In this document: positions 30,275 to 40,005 of the stretch, piece by piece
Position numbering within the stretch: position 1 is the first letter of the stretch
How the letters are laid out: each line of letters starts with the position of its first letter
Assembly: GCA_965218425.1 (NCBI GenBank)
Contig: OZ244621.1
Coordinates: forward strand, 1,600,001-1,664,000
DNA length: 64,000 bases
Reading direction: 5' to 3'
From: an uncultured Candidatus Binatia bacterium
GTDB taxonomy: Bacteria > Desulfobacterota > Binatia > UBA9968 > CAXXLF01
Made by a program: the position numbers and the translations under genes
The notes under the pieces: generated by a model
Seen by the model: only the letters and a program-made list of their open reading frames with translations
Databases searched by the model: none
What the model was told of the DNA's origin: nothing

Positions 30275-31342
30275 ATGAGAATTTATCATGCACACAGGAA
30301 TTCAATGGTGACGTTCTGTGGTGCCCTTCTCTTTTTTCTTTTCGTCTTGACCCTTCACGAAGTAGCGGCGGCCCCTTATTATGAGGGCAAAACCATCACC
30401 ATTGTCCGAGGGGGAACACCGGGAGGAACCGGTGAAAGGCAGGCCAGGACCGTCGTCCCGTTTCTTAAGAAATATATTCCGGGTAGCCCCTCCATCGTTG
30501 TGCTACACATGCCGGGTGCTGCCGGGAGGAAGGCCGCCAACTATGTCTACAATATACGGCGTAAAGACGTTACCCTCGCGGCTATTGGAGGCGGGCTCGC
30601 CATCGGCCCCATCCTGGAACTCCCAGGGGTCAAATACGATCTAAACAATCTCAATTATCTGGGCTCCACGGAAAGCGGAACTCCCTACCTCTTTTACACA
30701 AGAAAGGAGGCAGGTTTAGATTCGCTGGATAAACTTCGCGCGGCCCCCGTGGTCAAGGTGGGCGGCCAGACGGCAGGTCATCCCATCTATTACAGTGCCA
30801 GAATGATCGCCTATATTCTTAATTTGAAAAACCAGAAATACGTTACCGGGTACTCGGGGAGAGAGATGGATCTCGCTGTGCTCCGGGGGGAGATCGACGG
30901 CAGAACGAACAATGCCACCACTTTACTCAGGAGAAACCCGGAGTGGGTGCAAAGAGGGATGATCAACCTGCACGTGACCATCACTGTCCCCAAAGGGAAG
31001 TTTCACCCGCGCTTCAAGAATGTTCCCGCCTTGGACTCCTTTGCCAAGACGGACATGGATCGCAAGCTGCTCGGTATGTTCCGCGCGCTCCTGTATCCGC
31101 GGTGGCCATTCTTCCTGGCGCCGGGGGCTCCCAAGGAGAGCGTTAAAACACTCAAAGAGGCCTTCCGCAAAACCTTTCAGGACCCTGAATTTAAGAAGCA
31201 TTTCAAGAAACTGATGGGAACCGATGCTTCGCCCCTCAATGCAGAAGATGTGAAACGGGCCATTGCAGCCATTCCCCGCGATCCTGAGGTGCTGACTCTT
31301 TTCAAGGCCCTCGCGGGACCAGGGCCACTACCGTCACGCTGA
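30275..31342 (+). CDS. Bug/TctC family tripartite tricarboxylate transporter substrate-binding protein
   Basis: YYEGKTITIV..GTPGG, HMPGAAG, GYSG.EMDLAVLRGEIDG. Confidence 0.88.
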   Translation: MRIYHAHRNSMVTFCGALLFFLFVLTLHEVAAAPYYEGKTITIVRGGTPGGTGERQARTVVPFLKKYIPGSPSIVVLHMPGAAGRKAANYVYNIRRKDVTLAAIGGGLAIGPILELPGVKYDLNNLNYLGSTESGTPYLFYTRKEAGLDSLDKLRAAPVVKVGGQTAGHPIYYSARMIAYILNLKNQKYVTGYSGREMDLAVLRGEIDGRTNNATTLLRRNPEWVQRGMINLHVTITVPKGKFHPRFKNVPALDSFAKTDMDRKLLGMFRALLYPRWPFFLAPGAPKESVKTLKEAFRKTFQDPEFKKHFKKLMGTDASPLNAEDVKRAIAAIPRDPEVLTLFKALAGPGPLPSR

Positions 31343-31408
31343 GGGGCGCTGGTGATTCAATTGGAATTCTATTCCTAGGATAGTTGGGGGAGAGTTCGAT
31401 ATACAGGC

Positions 31409-32065
31409 CTAGCGGTGAGCCTTGACCCCCACCCTGTCGCAATACTTTTCCACCGGGCATTGAGTGCAAACCGGCGAGATGGGTCGACAGAGATGCTGGC
31501 CAAAAGTAACCAGCAGGTCATTGTACTCAATCCAATATTTGGGGGGCAGTTTCTCCCTCAAGGCGAATTCGGTCTTCTCAGGAGTCGTCGTTTTCACATA
31601 TCCCCAGCGGTTGGAGATGCGATGCACGTGGGTATCCACACAAATCCCAGGTTTACGAAACCCCAAGGTAACCACAAGATTAGCAGTCTTCCGACCTACA
31701 CCCTTGAGTTTGAGTAACTCATCGATGTCAGCGGGGACCTTCCCGGAATAATCTTCCTTAATGACCTTGCATATCTCGCGAATGTTTTGTGCCTTGACTC
31801 GGTAAAAGCCAACCGGGAAAATCGCTTTTTCGATGGTTTTTACGGGCAGCTCCAACATCTTTTCAGGTGTTTGGGCGAGGGCAAACAACCGGCGACAGGC
31901 TTGGGAGGTGGTGTTATCCTGGGTCCGCAGGCTCAAGACACAGGAAATAAGAATATGAAAGGGGCTATGTCGTGACTCGGCCATGAGTGTAACAATGGGC
32001 GTTTCCCATTTGGGCACTTCACGCCGAAGATTTCGAATTGCGTGGTGAATCTCTCTCTCAGTCAC
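31409..32065 (-). CDS. nth: Endonuclease III
   Basis: HhH LKGVGRKTAN, VDTHVHR, C-X6-C-X2-C-X5-C. Confidence 0.95.
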   Translation of the reverse strand: MTEREIHHAIRNLRREVPKWETPIVTLMAESRHSPFHILISCVLSLRTQDNTTSQACRRLFALAQTPEKMLELPVKTIEKAIFPVGFYRVKAQNIREICKVIKEDYSGKVPADIDELLKLKGVGRKTANLVVTLGFRKPGICVDTHVHRISNRWGYVKTTTPEKTEFALREKLPPKYWIEYNDLLVTFGQHLCRPISPVCTQCPVEKYCDRVGVKAHR

Positions 32066-32159
32066 TGTGGTGGATTTTTCAACCTCAATTAGATAGATTG
32101 GCTAGAGTTCTTTTTTCTAGCATAGATTTCAGTCAAGAGAAACTTTTTTTGGCCCGGTT

Positions 32160-32732
32160 ATGGCACCTGATACGATTTCATCTATCCTGCAATCGCGGGA
32201 ACCCAAAATTCTCGCCGCAGACAACTATCGTCCCGCTGCAGTGTTGATCCCCCTCCAAGAAAGGGCAGATGGAAACCACTTGATTCTGACGCAAAGGGCC
32301 GAGGGGCTCAATTCCCATAGCGGCCAGGTGGCCTTTCCTGGAGGTAGTTTAGAACCGGGGGATCCAGGACCCGTCGACGCGGCCCTACGTGAAAGCCAGG
32401 AGGAAGTTGGAATCGACCCTCGTCACGTGCGCATTTTAGGGCAGCTTGACCAGGTCACTGCGGCTTCAAGCTTTCTGGTGACTCCATTCGTTGGGGTGAT
32501 CCCCTTCCCCTACGAATTTGCCTTGAACCCCAGCGAGACCGCTGCGGTCTTTTCCGTACCGGTATCCGCCCTCCTGAAACCCAATTGTATGACGGTTGGC
32601 CCGCGTCCCCTTAATCCGCGGGGCCCCACCTACCACTTTCAATACCAGCAATGGGATATCTGGGGAGCCACGGCAAAGATGATCAAACAACTTTTGGAGC
32701 TGGCCTATGACTTTAAAGCTGAATACCACTAG
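32160..32732 (+). CDS. Nudix CoA pyrophosphatase (NudL-like)
   Basis: LTQRA...HSGQVAFPGG, AALRESQEEVG, IWGATA. Confidence 0.93.
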   Translation: MAPDTISSILQSREPKILAADNYRPAAVLIPLQERADGNHLILTQRAEGLNSHSGQVAFPGGSLEPGDPGPVDAALRESQEEVGIDPRHVRILGQLDQVTAASSFLVTPFVGVIPFPYEFALNPSETAAVFSVPVSALLKPNCMTVGPRPLNPRGPTYHFQYQQWDIWGATAKMIKQLLELAYDFKAEYH

Positions 32733-32739
32733 CGCGTCA

Positions 32740-33178
32740 GTTTGGCTGTTGTTTCTTTCCCTCAATTTCCTTGCCTGTATCCCTTCCGCTCATTTGCACA
32801 TGCAGGACAAGGGCTAACTGACCCACGCTCATTTAGAGCAACTCCTCTCAGCATGCCCTTTATCTCCGGATAAGAATATCCGGGCGACCTCCTTGGGCAA
32901 GGGCAAAGGGTGAGTCACCACCTGGTGCAAATGACCGTGAGACACCCCACGTCCACAGGACCCACGACCTGACAGTGTTGATGCCAAAAGGAAAGGGCTA
33001 TCTCGCGTTGGAACAAAAGCGGTTGGAACTGAGGAGGGGAGACGTCCTTTTTATTCCATAGGGCTCGGTCCATTACTTCGTCAACACCTCCTCTGAACCG
33101 TCGGTTGGATTGGCCGTCTTTTCTCCGGTTTTTAAGGGAAAGGATTCCATCCCTGTGGGTGAAGCTCCCACTCGCTAA
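32740..33178 (+). pseudogene. Cupin-domain gene with frameshifts and an internal TAG
   Basis: Manual translation: ETPHVHRTHDLTV...GKGYL...GDVLFIP-TAG(33059)-GSVHYFVNT...AVFSP; 5' end approximate. Confidence 0.75.
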
Positions 33179-33221
33179 AGGGTCTTGCCGCTTCAACGGT
33201 ACAATTGTGAAACCTCGCCCC

Positions 33222-33962
33222 TTAACGCACGCCTTTTCTCCCGTATCCGGTGTATAGTATTCCGATCTCGGGAGTCAGGCTGAACCCTTCCACTGGTTGT
33301 TTCGTCAATTTATTCCACAAGATGACTGAATAGGACCGGCGCCGGCCCACCCCCTTGGTCTCCACATTTTGGATCCCATTGGCCCTCAATGCAGCTTGCA
33401 GCTCTTGAGGGCGACGAAACCGTTTCCAGTTCAGCGTGCCCGGGGGTATCTTTTTGAGTACGTATTGAAAGCCAATGCTGATGATCGCCAAGGATTTCAA
33501 GGTGCGATTGATTCCGCTGTAGAGGTAAAACCCCTCCGGCTTGAGCACCCGAGCCACATTTGCAATGGCCCTGTGAAGGTCAGAAACATGTTCGAGCACG
33601 AATGAGGTTAACACAACGTCAAATGACGCCTCCGGCAATTGTAGATCCTCCACCGATCCCACGCGATAGTCGATGGAGAGTCCCACTCTCACGGCGTGCT
33701 CCCTAGCGGTCTCAATGGCTCCCGCCCGCACATCGACTCCCGTCACCAGTGCTCCGGCCCTGGCAAAATCCTCCGACAACAATCCTCCTCCACAACCCGC
33801 GTCGAGTATCCTCTTACCCTTAATATCCCCACCCATGGCCTCCATGAAATAACGCATTGTCACCGGATGGGCGGCATGAAGCGAGCTGAGGGCTGCATTC
33901 TTGTCTCTCCATTCTTCCCCCAGTTTTCCATACCAGTCACGGTTCATGGCCTGTGCACTCAC
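33222..33962 (-). CDS. UbiG-like SAM-dependent O-methyltransferase
   Basis: ILDAGCGGGLLSE, FDVV...VLEHV, INRTLKS. Confidence 0.82.
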   Translation of the reverse strand: MSAQAMNRDWYGKLGEEWRDKNAALSSLHAAHPVTMRYFMEAMGGDIKGKRILDAGCGGGLLSEDFARAGALVTGVDVRAGAIETAREHAVRVGLSIDYRVGSVEDLQLPEASFDVVLTSFVLEHVSDLHRAIANVARVLKPEGFYLYSGINRTLKSLAIISIGFQYVLKKIPPGTLNWKRFRRPQELQAALRANGIQNVETKGVGRRRSYSVILWNKLTKQPVEGFSLTPEIGILYTGYGRKGVR

Positions 33963-34209
33963 TTTGATCTCCTTTTTACCTTTAGCTGAATTCCATAGCT
34001 AAGATGTGTCCGGACCGCCCGCGCAACCGGATTTTTATAGTTCCGCTTCTCTGTGACAGTTCGATAGGCAGGGAAAGGAAACGCGAGAACTCTGGAGCGA
34101 TATCTAACCAAAGGCAGGCACCACTATGCATCACCGCCAACCCGCTGTCAAATCAGGACTAAGGGTCTCTGCGTCGGCGTCCCCACGGGGGAGTGGGTAA
34201 AGGATCTTC

Positions 34210-35829
34210 ATGGATTGGCGGAACGAGTGCCTCCAATGCTATAATTTTACAAATGCCTCTAGACGAGTAAAAATTCAGGCCATTCCTACCTTGCAACACG
34301 AGAACCTTAAGAGACGATCCATTTATTATTTGCTTGCGCTATGCTCCGCCATACTGTTAGCAGCGCCGTTTCTTTTTCCCGTTCTGTTTCCAGTAACCTG
34401 GGTATCCCTCATCCCCCTTCTTTGGCTGCTTCAGCGGGTGTCCGTGCGGCAAGCCTTGCTGTTTGGCCTAGGGGTAGGCGGGGTGATGAATCTTTTGGGA
34501 TTTTATTGGCTGAATTACACCATTCGAGTCTTCGGCGGTTTTCCCCACGGTCTAAGTGAGATTATCTGGCTTGGCTTTGCCGTTTACGCGGCCCTACCCG
34601 TGGCTCTCTTCTCCCTGCTCGTTAGATTCTACGGATTGGGTCCACTGGGTCTCTTTCCGGCGCTCTTTTGGGTCACCATTGAATTCTGGTTTCCATTACT
34701 TTTTCCCTGGCACCTGGCCAACAGTCAATCTTACTTCCTAACTCTCATCCAATCCGCCGACCTGATTGGGCCCTACGGCACCAGCTTCGTTCTCGTATGG
34801 GTCAATTCCGTGCTCTATCAAATTGGAGAGGGCGTATTCGTTTCAAAAAGCCGGAAACGGATTCCTGTAACAGAAACGACCATTGTGGGAGCGGTGTTGG
34901 CAGGGTTCCTCGTATACGGCCACGCGAGATTGGCGGCCGTCTCAACGGAAATGGAGGCTGCACCTGCCATCACCGTAGCTGCTGTACAGGGCAATATTAG
35001 TATTCGCACCAAAGGGAACCTTACCTACCTGCAAAGCAACCTGGCCTCTTACAAGGATCTTACCAGCAAAATCCAAGGAGCCCAGTTAGTGGTCTGGCCG
35101 GAATCCGCTGTAGAGGCTTGGGTTCCGCAGAACATGAAGCGGCTCCCACCGCAACTCCCCCTGCCACTTCCTCCTGGTGTCTCATTTTTAATTTTCGGTG
35201 TGAGGAGCCTGGAACGGGATGCGGCCACTTCCAAGACGAAAGTATTCAACAGCGCTTTTCTAGTGGATCGTGAAGGTCAAGTGGTGAGCCGCTATCACAA
35301 ACAGACGCTCCTCGCCTTTGGGGAGTATGTCCCGCTAACGTCAGTACTCTCCCTTCTCCCAGGAATGCCCCCCATTGGCCAGGGATTCAGTCGGGGTGAT
35401 GGCCCGCGCACCCTTGACCTGTCCTCCACCATCCGGTTGGCCCCTCTCATATGCTACGAAGATTTGATGCCGTGGTTATCACGCAGATTTGTGGCCGCAA
35501 GCCATGCCAATCTTCTGGTGAATCTCACCAACGACGGTTGGTTCGGTAACACGGTTGCACCATGGCAACACGCCCGGCTTTCCCAGTGGCGGGCCATCGA
35601 GACCCGTCGGAGCCTGGTGCGGGCCACCAATACCGGCGTGACCACCGTCATCAATCCCAGGGGAGAAATTCTCGAATCCTTGCCGGTGTATTCCACCGGG
35701 GTGTTAAACGTAAAAGTTCCCCTCATGAAGAGCAAAACTTTCTACGTCCGATTTGGCGATTGGTTTACCTGGGTCGCCACAGCGGCGTCACTCAGCATCG
35801 TCATCATACGTCAGCTTTTCCACCACTAA
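34210..35829 (+). CDS. lnt: Apolipoprotein N-acyltransferase (start uncertain)
   Basis: VQGNI, VWPESA, YHK..L..FGEYVP, LICYED, TNDGWFG, RATNTG. Confidence 0.95.
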   Translation: MDWRNECLQCYNFTNASRRVKIQAIPTLQHENLKRRSIYYLLALCSAILLAAPFLFPVLFPVTWVSLIPLLWLLQRVSVRQALLFGLGVGGVMNLLGFYWLNYTIRVFGGFPHGLSEIIWLGFAVYAALPVALFSLLVRFYGLGPLGLFPALFWVTIEFWFPLLFPWHLANSQSYFLTLIQSADLIGPYGTSFVLVWVNSVLYQIGEGVFVSKSRKRIPVTETTIVGAVLAGFLVYGHARLAAVSTEMEAAPAITVAAVQGNISIRTKGNLTYLQSNLASYKDLTSKIQGAQLVVWPESAVEAWVPQNMKRLPPQLPLPLPPGVSFLIFGVRSLERDAATSKTKVFNSAFLVDREGQVVSRYHKQTLLAFGEYVPLTSVLSLLPGMPPIGQGFSRGDGPRTLDLSSTIRLAPLICYEDLMPWLSRRFVAASHANLLVNLTNDGWFGNTVAPWQHARLSQWRAIETRRSLVRATNTGVTTVINPRGEILESLPVYSTGVLNVKVPLMKSKTFYVRFGDWFTWVATAASLSIVIIRQLFHH

Positions 35830-36476
35830 TCCATCTCTTTCTTCACGTTCGTTCTGCGAGCCGACTTCTGTTTTCTCGTTACAAGAACAGTCCACCTGTC
35901 CGGCCACGCCACGACCATTCGATACCCGAGTAGAATCGTGAGGATGCTGCCATATATCAAGGGTTCCCGTTGGTCCGCCTTTACCAACCAGATGTAATGG
36001 ATCACTCCTCCTATGGCGGCCAGATAGACCAGACGGTGCAATTGCTGCCAGCGACGCCCGCCGAGCCTTCGAATCATCCCGCTGGTGGAGGTAAGCGCCA
36101 AAGGGACGAGGAGTAAAAAGCTGACAAATCCCACGGTGATAAAGGGACGCTTCATTACGTCCCCCACCATTTCCGTAAACTCAAAAAATTGATCCAGCCA
36201 GACGTAGGTGGTGACATGCAGGCAGACGTGAAAGAACGCGAACAGGCCCAGCATCCGCCTGAGCCGTATAAGCCAGTGGAGACCCGTTAGTCTACGCAGC
36301 GGCGTCACGCTGAGTACGATCAAAAGAAACACCAAGGTCCATGTTCCCGTTGACCGTGTAATGACCTCAACAGGATTGGCACCCAGGTTATTGGTATAAG
36401 TATTCCAACCCAGGCGGACCATGGGAACAAGGCAGAGCAAGAAAACCGCCACCTTGATTGGGGTCACATAATTCAC
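35826..36476 (-). CDS. msrQ: Methionine sulfoxide reductase heme-binding subunit
   Basis: GANPVE, RRMLGLFAF, PLALTS, WQQLHRLVY. Confidence 0.95.
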   Translation of the reverse strand: MNYVTPIKVAVFLLCLVPMVRLGWNTYTNNLGANPVEVITRSTGTWTLVFLLIVLSVTPLRRLTGLHWLIRLRRMLGLFAFFHVCLHVTTYVWLDQFFEFTEMVGDVMKRPFITVGFVSFLLLVPLALTSTSGMIRRLGGRRWQQLHRLVYLAAIGGVIHYIWLVKADQREPLIYGSILTILLGYRMVVAWPDRWTVLVTRKQKSARRTNVKKEMD

Positions 36477-36496
36477 AGTTGTGCTTTGAAGGTGGA

Positions 36497-37459
36497 CTAA
36501 TAGTACGCTGTCAGATCCATGCCTTGATACAAAGACGCCACCTGATCCGCATACTCATTGAACATGAGAGTCTTACGCTTGCGAAATTCACCGATACGGC
36601 GCTCCCGTGCTTGACTCCAGCGGGGATGATCCACGTTAGGATTTACATTGGAATAAAAGCCATACTCCCTGGGCGCCGCCTTTTCCCACGAAGTCATGGG
36701 TTGCTTCTCCACAAAACGAATTCGCACAATAGACTTGATGCTCTTGAATCCGTACTTCCAGGGAACCACTAAACGGATGGGCGCCCCGTTCTGGTTGGGA
36801 AGAACCTGGCCGTATAGGCCGATGGCAAAGATGGTCAACGGGTGCATGGCCTCATCCAATCGGAGCCCCTCCACATAGGGCCAATCCAGGACCCTCCTTT
36901 TCTGACCCGGCATCTGTTCAGGGTCATGGAGAGTCGTGAATTCCACATACTTGGCTTTAGAGGTTGGTTCTACCTTTTTGATCAACGCGTTCAGCGGGAA
37001 ACCCACCCACGGGATCACCATGGACCAACCCTCCACGCAGCGCAACCGGTAGATGCGTTCTTGCAGTGGACTCATTTTCATCAGCTCATCGATGTCATAT
37101 TCCTTCTCCCGCCTGACCTCCCCCTCCACCACCACGGTCCAGGGACGGGTCACGAGTCTTTTTGCCTGTTTCGCGGGAGAATATTTATCGGTACCGAATT
37201 CATAGAAGTTATTATAGCTGGTGATGTCCTTGTATGGTGTCTTTAGTTCATCTGTGCTGAATGGGCTCTTTTGCGCCCCTTGGAGCTTCACGCCGCCGAC
37301 CCCTTTTTCGGACTGCACACCCACCGCGGGGAGAACCAATCCAGCGCCCACTGCCACCGCGGTCACGGAGGCGCCCATTAGGAATTGACGGCGATTGAGA
37401 TAGACCTTCTTATCGGTAATCTCGCTTCCCTTGATATCGCTAGGCTTTTTAATCAACAT
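36497..37459 (-). CDS. msrP: Methionine sulfoxide reductase catalytic molybdo-subunit
   Basis: Tat motif [38 protein letters not shown]. Confidence 0.97.
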   Translation of the reverse strand: MLIKKPSDIKGSEITDKKVYLNRRQFLMGASVTAVAVGAGLVLPAVGVQSEKGVGGVKLQGAQKSPFSTDELKTPYKDITSYNNFYEFGTDKYSPAKQAKRLVTRPWTVVVEGEVRREKEYDIDELMKMSPLQERIYRLRCVEGWSMVIPWVGFPLNALIKKVEPTSKAKYVEFTTLHDPEQMPGQKRRVLDWPYVEGLRLDEAMHPLTIFAIGLYGQVLPNQNGAPIRLVVPWKYGFKSIKSIVRIRFVEKQPMTSWEKAAPREYGFYSNVNPNVDHPRWSQARERRIGEFRKRKTLMFNEYADQVASLYQGMDLTAYY

Positions 37460-37497
37460 AGTCTCCCCTTTCAATGGCTCTCATTTCAGTCCGCTTC

Positions 37498-38052
37498 CTA
37501 GTTTTCATCTAGCAGATGACGAATCAACGACTCCGTCTCGCGGTATCCTCCTTCACCAAATCTGGTGTGACGGACAATTCCTTTCTTATCAATCACATGT
37601 AACGTCGGCCAGTAGCGTGTCCCATAACGGTTCCAGGTGGCGAAATCGTTGTCGATGGCCACGGGATACTTAATCCCGAGTTGGGCACTGGCTGCTTGCA
37701 CTTTCTCCCGAGGCTTTTCCCAGAAAAATTCCGGCGAGTGAATACCTATGACCACTAGCCCCTGAGAACCGAAACGCTCATACCAATCCGCCAACCTGGG
37801 GATCGTACGTTTGCAATTGATTCAGCCATAGGTCCAAAACTGCAAAAGGACCACCTTGCCGCGAAGATCCGCCATCTTCAGTGCTGGAGAGTTAATCCAA
37901 ACTTTGTTTCGGATCTCCGGAGCGGGCTGACCGATCAACCTCGCTTCGGCATCAAGTTTTGCAAAATGGAGACTCAGTAAAATAAACAAAACTACTGCAA
38001 ATCGCATGCTATGTGTCTTCATCCCGCTTACCTCCATTGAACCGTGTTTCAT
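37498..38052 (-). CDS. Exported thioredoxin-like (DipZ/TlpA-type) selenoprotein, UxxC
   Basis: ORFs 37822-38052 and 37498-37794 share a frame; read-through gives FWTYG-U-INCKRTIP...GIHSPEF...YWPT; hairpin at 37805-37784. Confidence 0.85.
37784..37805 (-). promoter_or_regulatory. Candidate bacterial SECIS hairpin
   Basis: CGAUCC-CCA-GGU-UGG-C-GGAUUG begins 16 nt after the UGA; G-led apical loop. Confidence 0.6.
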
Positions 38053-38813
38053 TGCTTGTCCTTAAGAGCGGGCCAGTTTTTATTGGCCTTAACCATATAA
38101 TCGGGAATATCCTTTTCCCATATTCTCGCCACCCCCGGACTCAAGTTGAGATAGAGCTTGCCATCGATGATTTCCCAAGCTGTCGGGTCAATGTCCGCGG
38201 TGATTCCCTGGCTTACCGCGGAGTCCATGGGACGAACCTTATTGCGCAGTGCCGCCTGCAGCATCCGCCGTGCCCCGCAGACCCTGGAGCGGAACCTGCT
38301 GATGGAACATTCCATTACCCGGGCGCCGTCGCGGTAACTCAGCTCTTCGATGTCCACCAGGATGAGCGCCAAGCGGTGCGCCTCAGGGAGCATTTTGACA
38401 GCCTTCTCCACCTCCCCCTGGCTGCATTGTGAGACGGATAGATTGTGGATGGATCCACCGTTTTGCTGTGGAGGATCCCAATCAATAGTTGCCTGAACAC
38501 CCACTCTTTTCCGATAGCGGCGGTTGAAGATTCTTCGCAAGATGCACAGGAGCCACACCCGGGCGTTGGTATCCGCATTATAAGAACTGAAACGTCCGTG
38601 GGCCTGTAGGTAGGTTTCTTGAACCAAGCCTTCCGCCATCTCACTGTCCTGTGCGAGGTAAACAGCACAGGTATAGAGCCAGGGGAGCTGGGAGAGGCTC
38701 GCCGCCTCAAACTCTGCCCCGGTTACCTTTTTCCCCTGATCCCCAATAAACGGCCATAGTCGTTCTTTGTAGATCACAGCACAGGCCCATCTCATCGATT
38801 TAAGATCTCCCAT
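38049..38813 (-). CDS. Degenerate ECF sigma factor fused to the C-terminal half of a YHS-domain (seleno)protein; possibly a pseudogene
   Basis: Sigma2 (AEGLVQETYLQA..WLLCIL) and sigma4 (LVDIEELSY), then AVSQGITADIDPTAWEIIDGKLYLN...ANKNWPAL. Confidence 0.7.
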   Translation of the reverse strand: MGDLKSMRWACAVIYKERLWPFIGDQGKKVTGAEFEAASLSQLPWLYTCAVYLAQDSEMAEGLVQETYLQAHGRFSSYNADTNARVWLLCILRRIFNRRYRKRVGVQATIDWDPPQQNGGSIHNLSVSQCSQGEVEKAVKMLPEAHRLALILVDIEELSYRDGARVMECSISRFRSRVCGARRMLQAALRNKVRPMDSAVSQGITADIDPTAWEIIDGKLYLNLSPGVARIWEKDIPDYMVKANKNWPALKDKQ

Positions 38814-38856
38814 TTCATTCGAAAGTCGGCCTTGAATTTCACGCTTACATGTCCAG

Positions 38857-38911
38857 ATTATAAAAGAAGGAGATAAAGAACCAATAAAGCGATTGTAAAG
38901 ATACGGTAAAG
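38857..38911 (-). promoter_or_regulatory. OmpR/PhoB-type activated promoter: four 11-bp-periodic boxes plus a TATAAT -10
   Basis: TAAAG at 38874, 38885, 38896 and 38907 (CTTTA on the minus strand); TATAAT at 38862-38857. Confidence 0.7.
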
Positions 38912-38933
38912 ATCGAGGACCTGGGGGAAGGGG

Positions 38934-39998
38934 CTAAAGGGGGACGGTAAACCCTATGCGGGTCTCGGCCAGAGAACTTTCGGCACTCACCTGGCCACCA
39001 TGGGCTTCCACCAACTCCTTAACGATGGCAAGGCCTATACCGGCCCCACCATGTTGACGGGAACGAGACTTTTCGCCTCGGTAGAAACGTTCGAAGACAA
39101 ACGGAAGATCCTCATTGGTGATACCTTCTCCAGTATTGGCGAAGACCCACTTGACGGAAGCCGTGGACCTTTCGGCATAGATCCTGACCTTGCCGCCTGA
39201 GGGGGTGTACTGCCAGGCGTTGTGTAGGAGGTTCCTGAAAACCTGCGCAAGTTTTTCGGGGTCCACGAGCACCTCATAGTTTCCATCAGGAAAAATTTTC
39301 TCAATTTGAATTCCTTTTTCCGCAAACTTGTGCCGGAAGAGTTCCAGGCTGCGTGACCCCATCTCCAGTAGATCCGTTGGCTTTCGTCTCAGGCTTCCCC
39401 TGGATCCCTCCGCATGGGCCAGTTGGAGGAGATCTTCTACCAGTTGGGCCAACCGGACGGTTTCCTCCTGGAGGGACTCCATGGTTTCTTTCGAGGGTGC
39501 CACCACTCCATCGCTCAATGCCTCTAGATATCCCCGGATGTTTGTCAGAGGGGTGCGTAGCTCATGGGCCACATCGATTACCATAGTCTTCCTCAGTTGC
39601 TCGATCCTCTGGAGACTTTCGGCCATTTGATTGAAGGCGGAGGCCAACTGACCGGTCTCGTCGTTGGAAGAGATCCGGACACGGGCGGAATAATCCCCCG
39701 AGGCGATTTTCCTCGTAATCCCTGTCATTTGAGAAAGGGGATTCAATACCTTTCGGGTCAGAAGAAAGCTTAGGAACACCGCAAGGGCCAGGGTAGCAAG
39801 GCTCGCCCATATGAGGGAACGATGGGTGGCTTCCAGAAACATCCTGTGAACGGAGGACGGAGAGATGTTGTACTCATCCATCAACGTCATGAAATAATCC
39901 GAGGCTAGATAGTCGATGGCAAGCCAAACGATGAGAATGACCACGCCGATGACGAGGATGTTGATCCCCAAAAGTTTCCAGAGAAGGCGGCTTTTCAT
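38934..39998 (-). CDS. Sensor histidine kinase (HAMP, BaeS-like)
   Basis: Two TMs, HAMP, DVAHELRTPLT, NLLHNA, GAGIGLAI. Confidence 0.95.
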   Translation of the reverse strand: MKSRLLWKLLGINILVIGVVILIVWLAIDYLASDYFMTLMDEYNISPSSVHRMFLEATHRSLIWASLATLALAVFLSFLLTRKVLNPLSQMTGITRKIASGDYSARVRISSNDETGQLASAFNQMAESLQRIEQLRKTMVIDVAHELRTPLTNIRGYLEALSDGVVAPSKETMESLQEETVRLAQLVEDLLQLAHAEGSRGSLRRKPTDLLEMGSRSLELFRHKFAEKGIQIEKIFPDGNYEVLVDPEKLAQVFRNLLHNAWQYTPSGGKVRIYAERSTASVKWVFANTGEGITNEDLPFVFERFYRGEKSRSRQHGGAGIGLAIVKELVEAHGGQVSAESSLAETRIGFTVPL

Positions 39999-40005
39999 TT
40001 TCAGT

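Noticed and set aside
33059..33061. In-frame TAG in the cupin gene as possible pyrrolysine
   Set aside because: The gene also has frameshifts and the position is not catalytic; ordinary decay is simpler
34085..34125. CTCTGGAGCGA...ACCAAAGG, glycine-aptamer-like
   Set aside because: Core mismatches, no CTCTCAGG, and the gene context (lnt) does not fit
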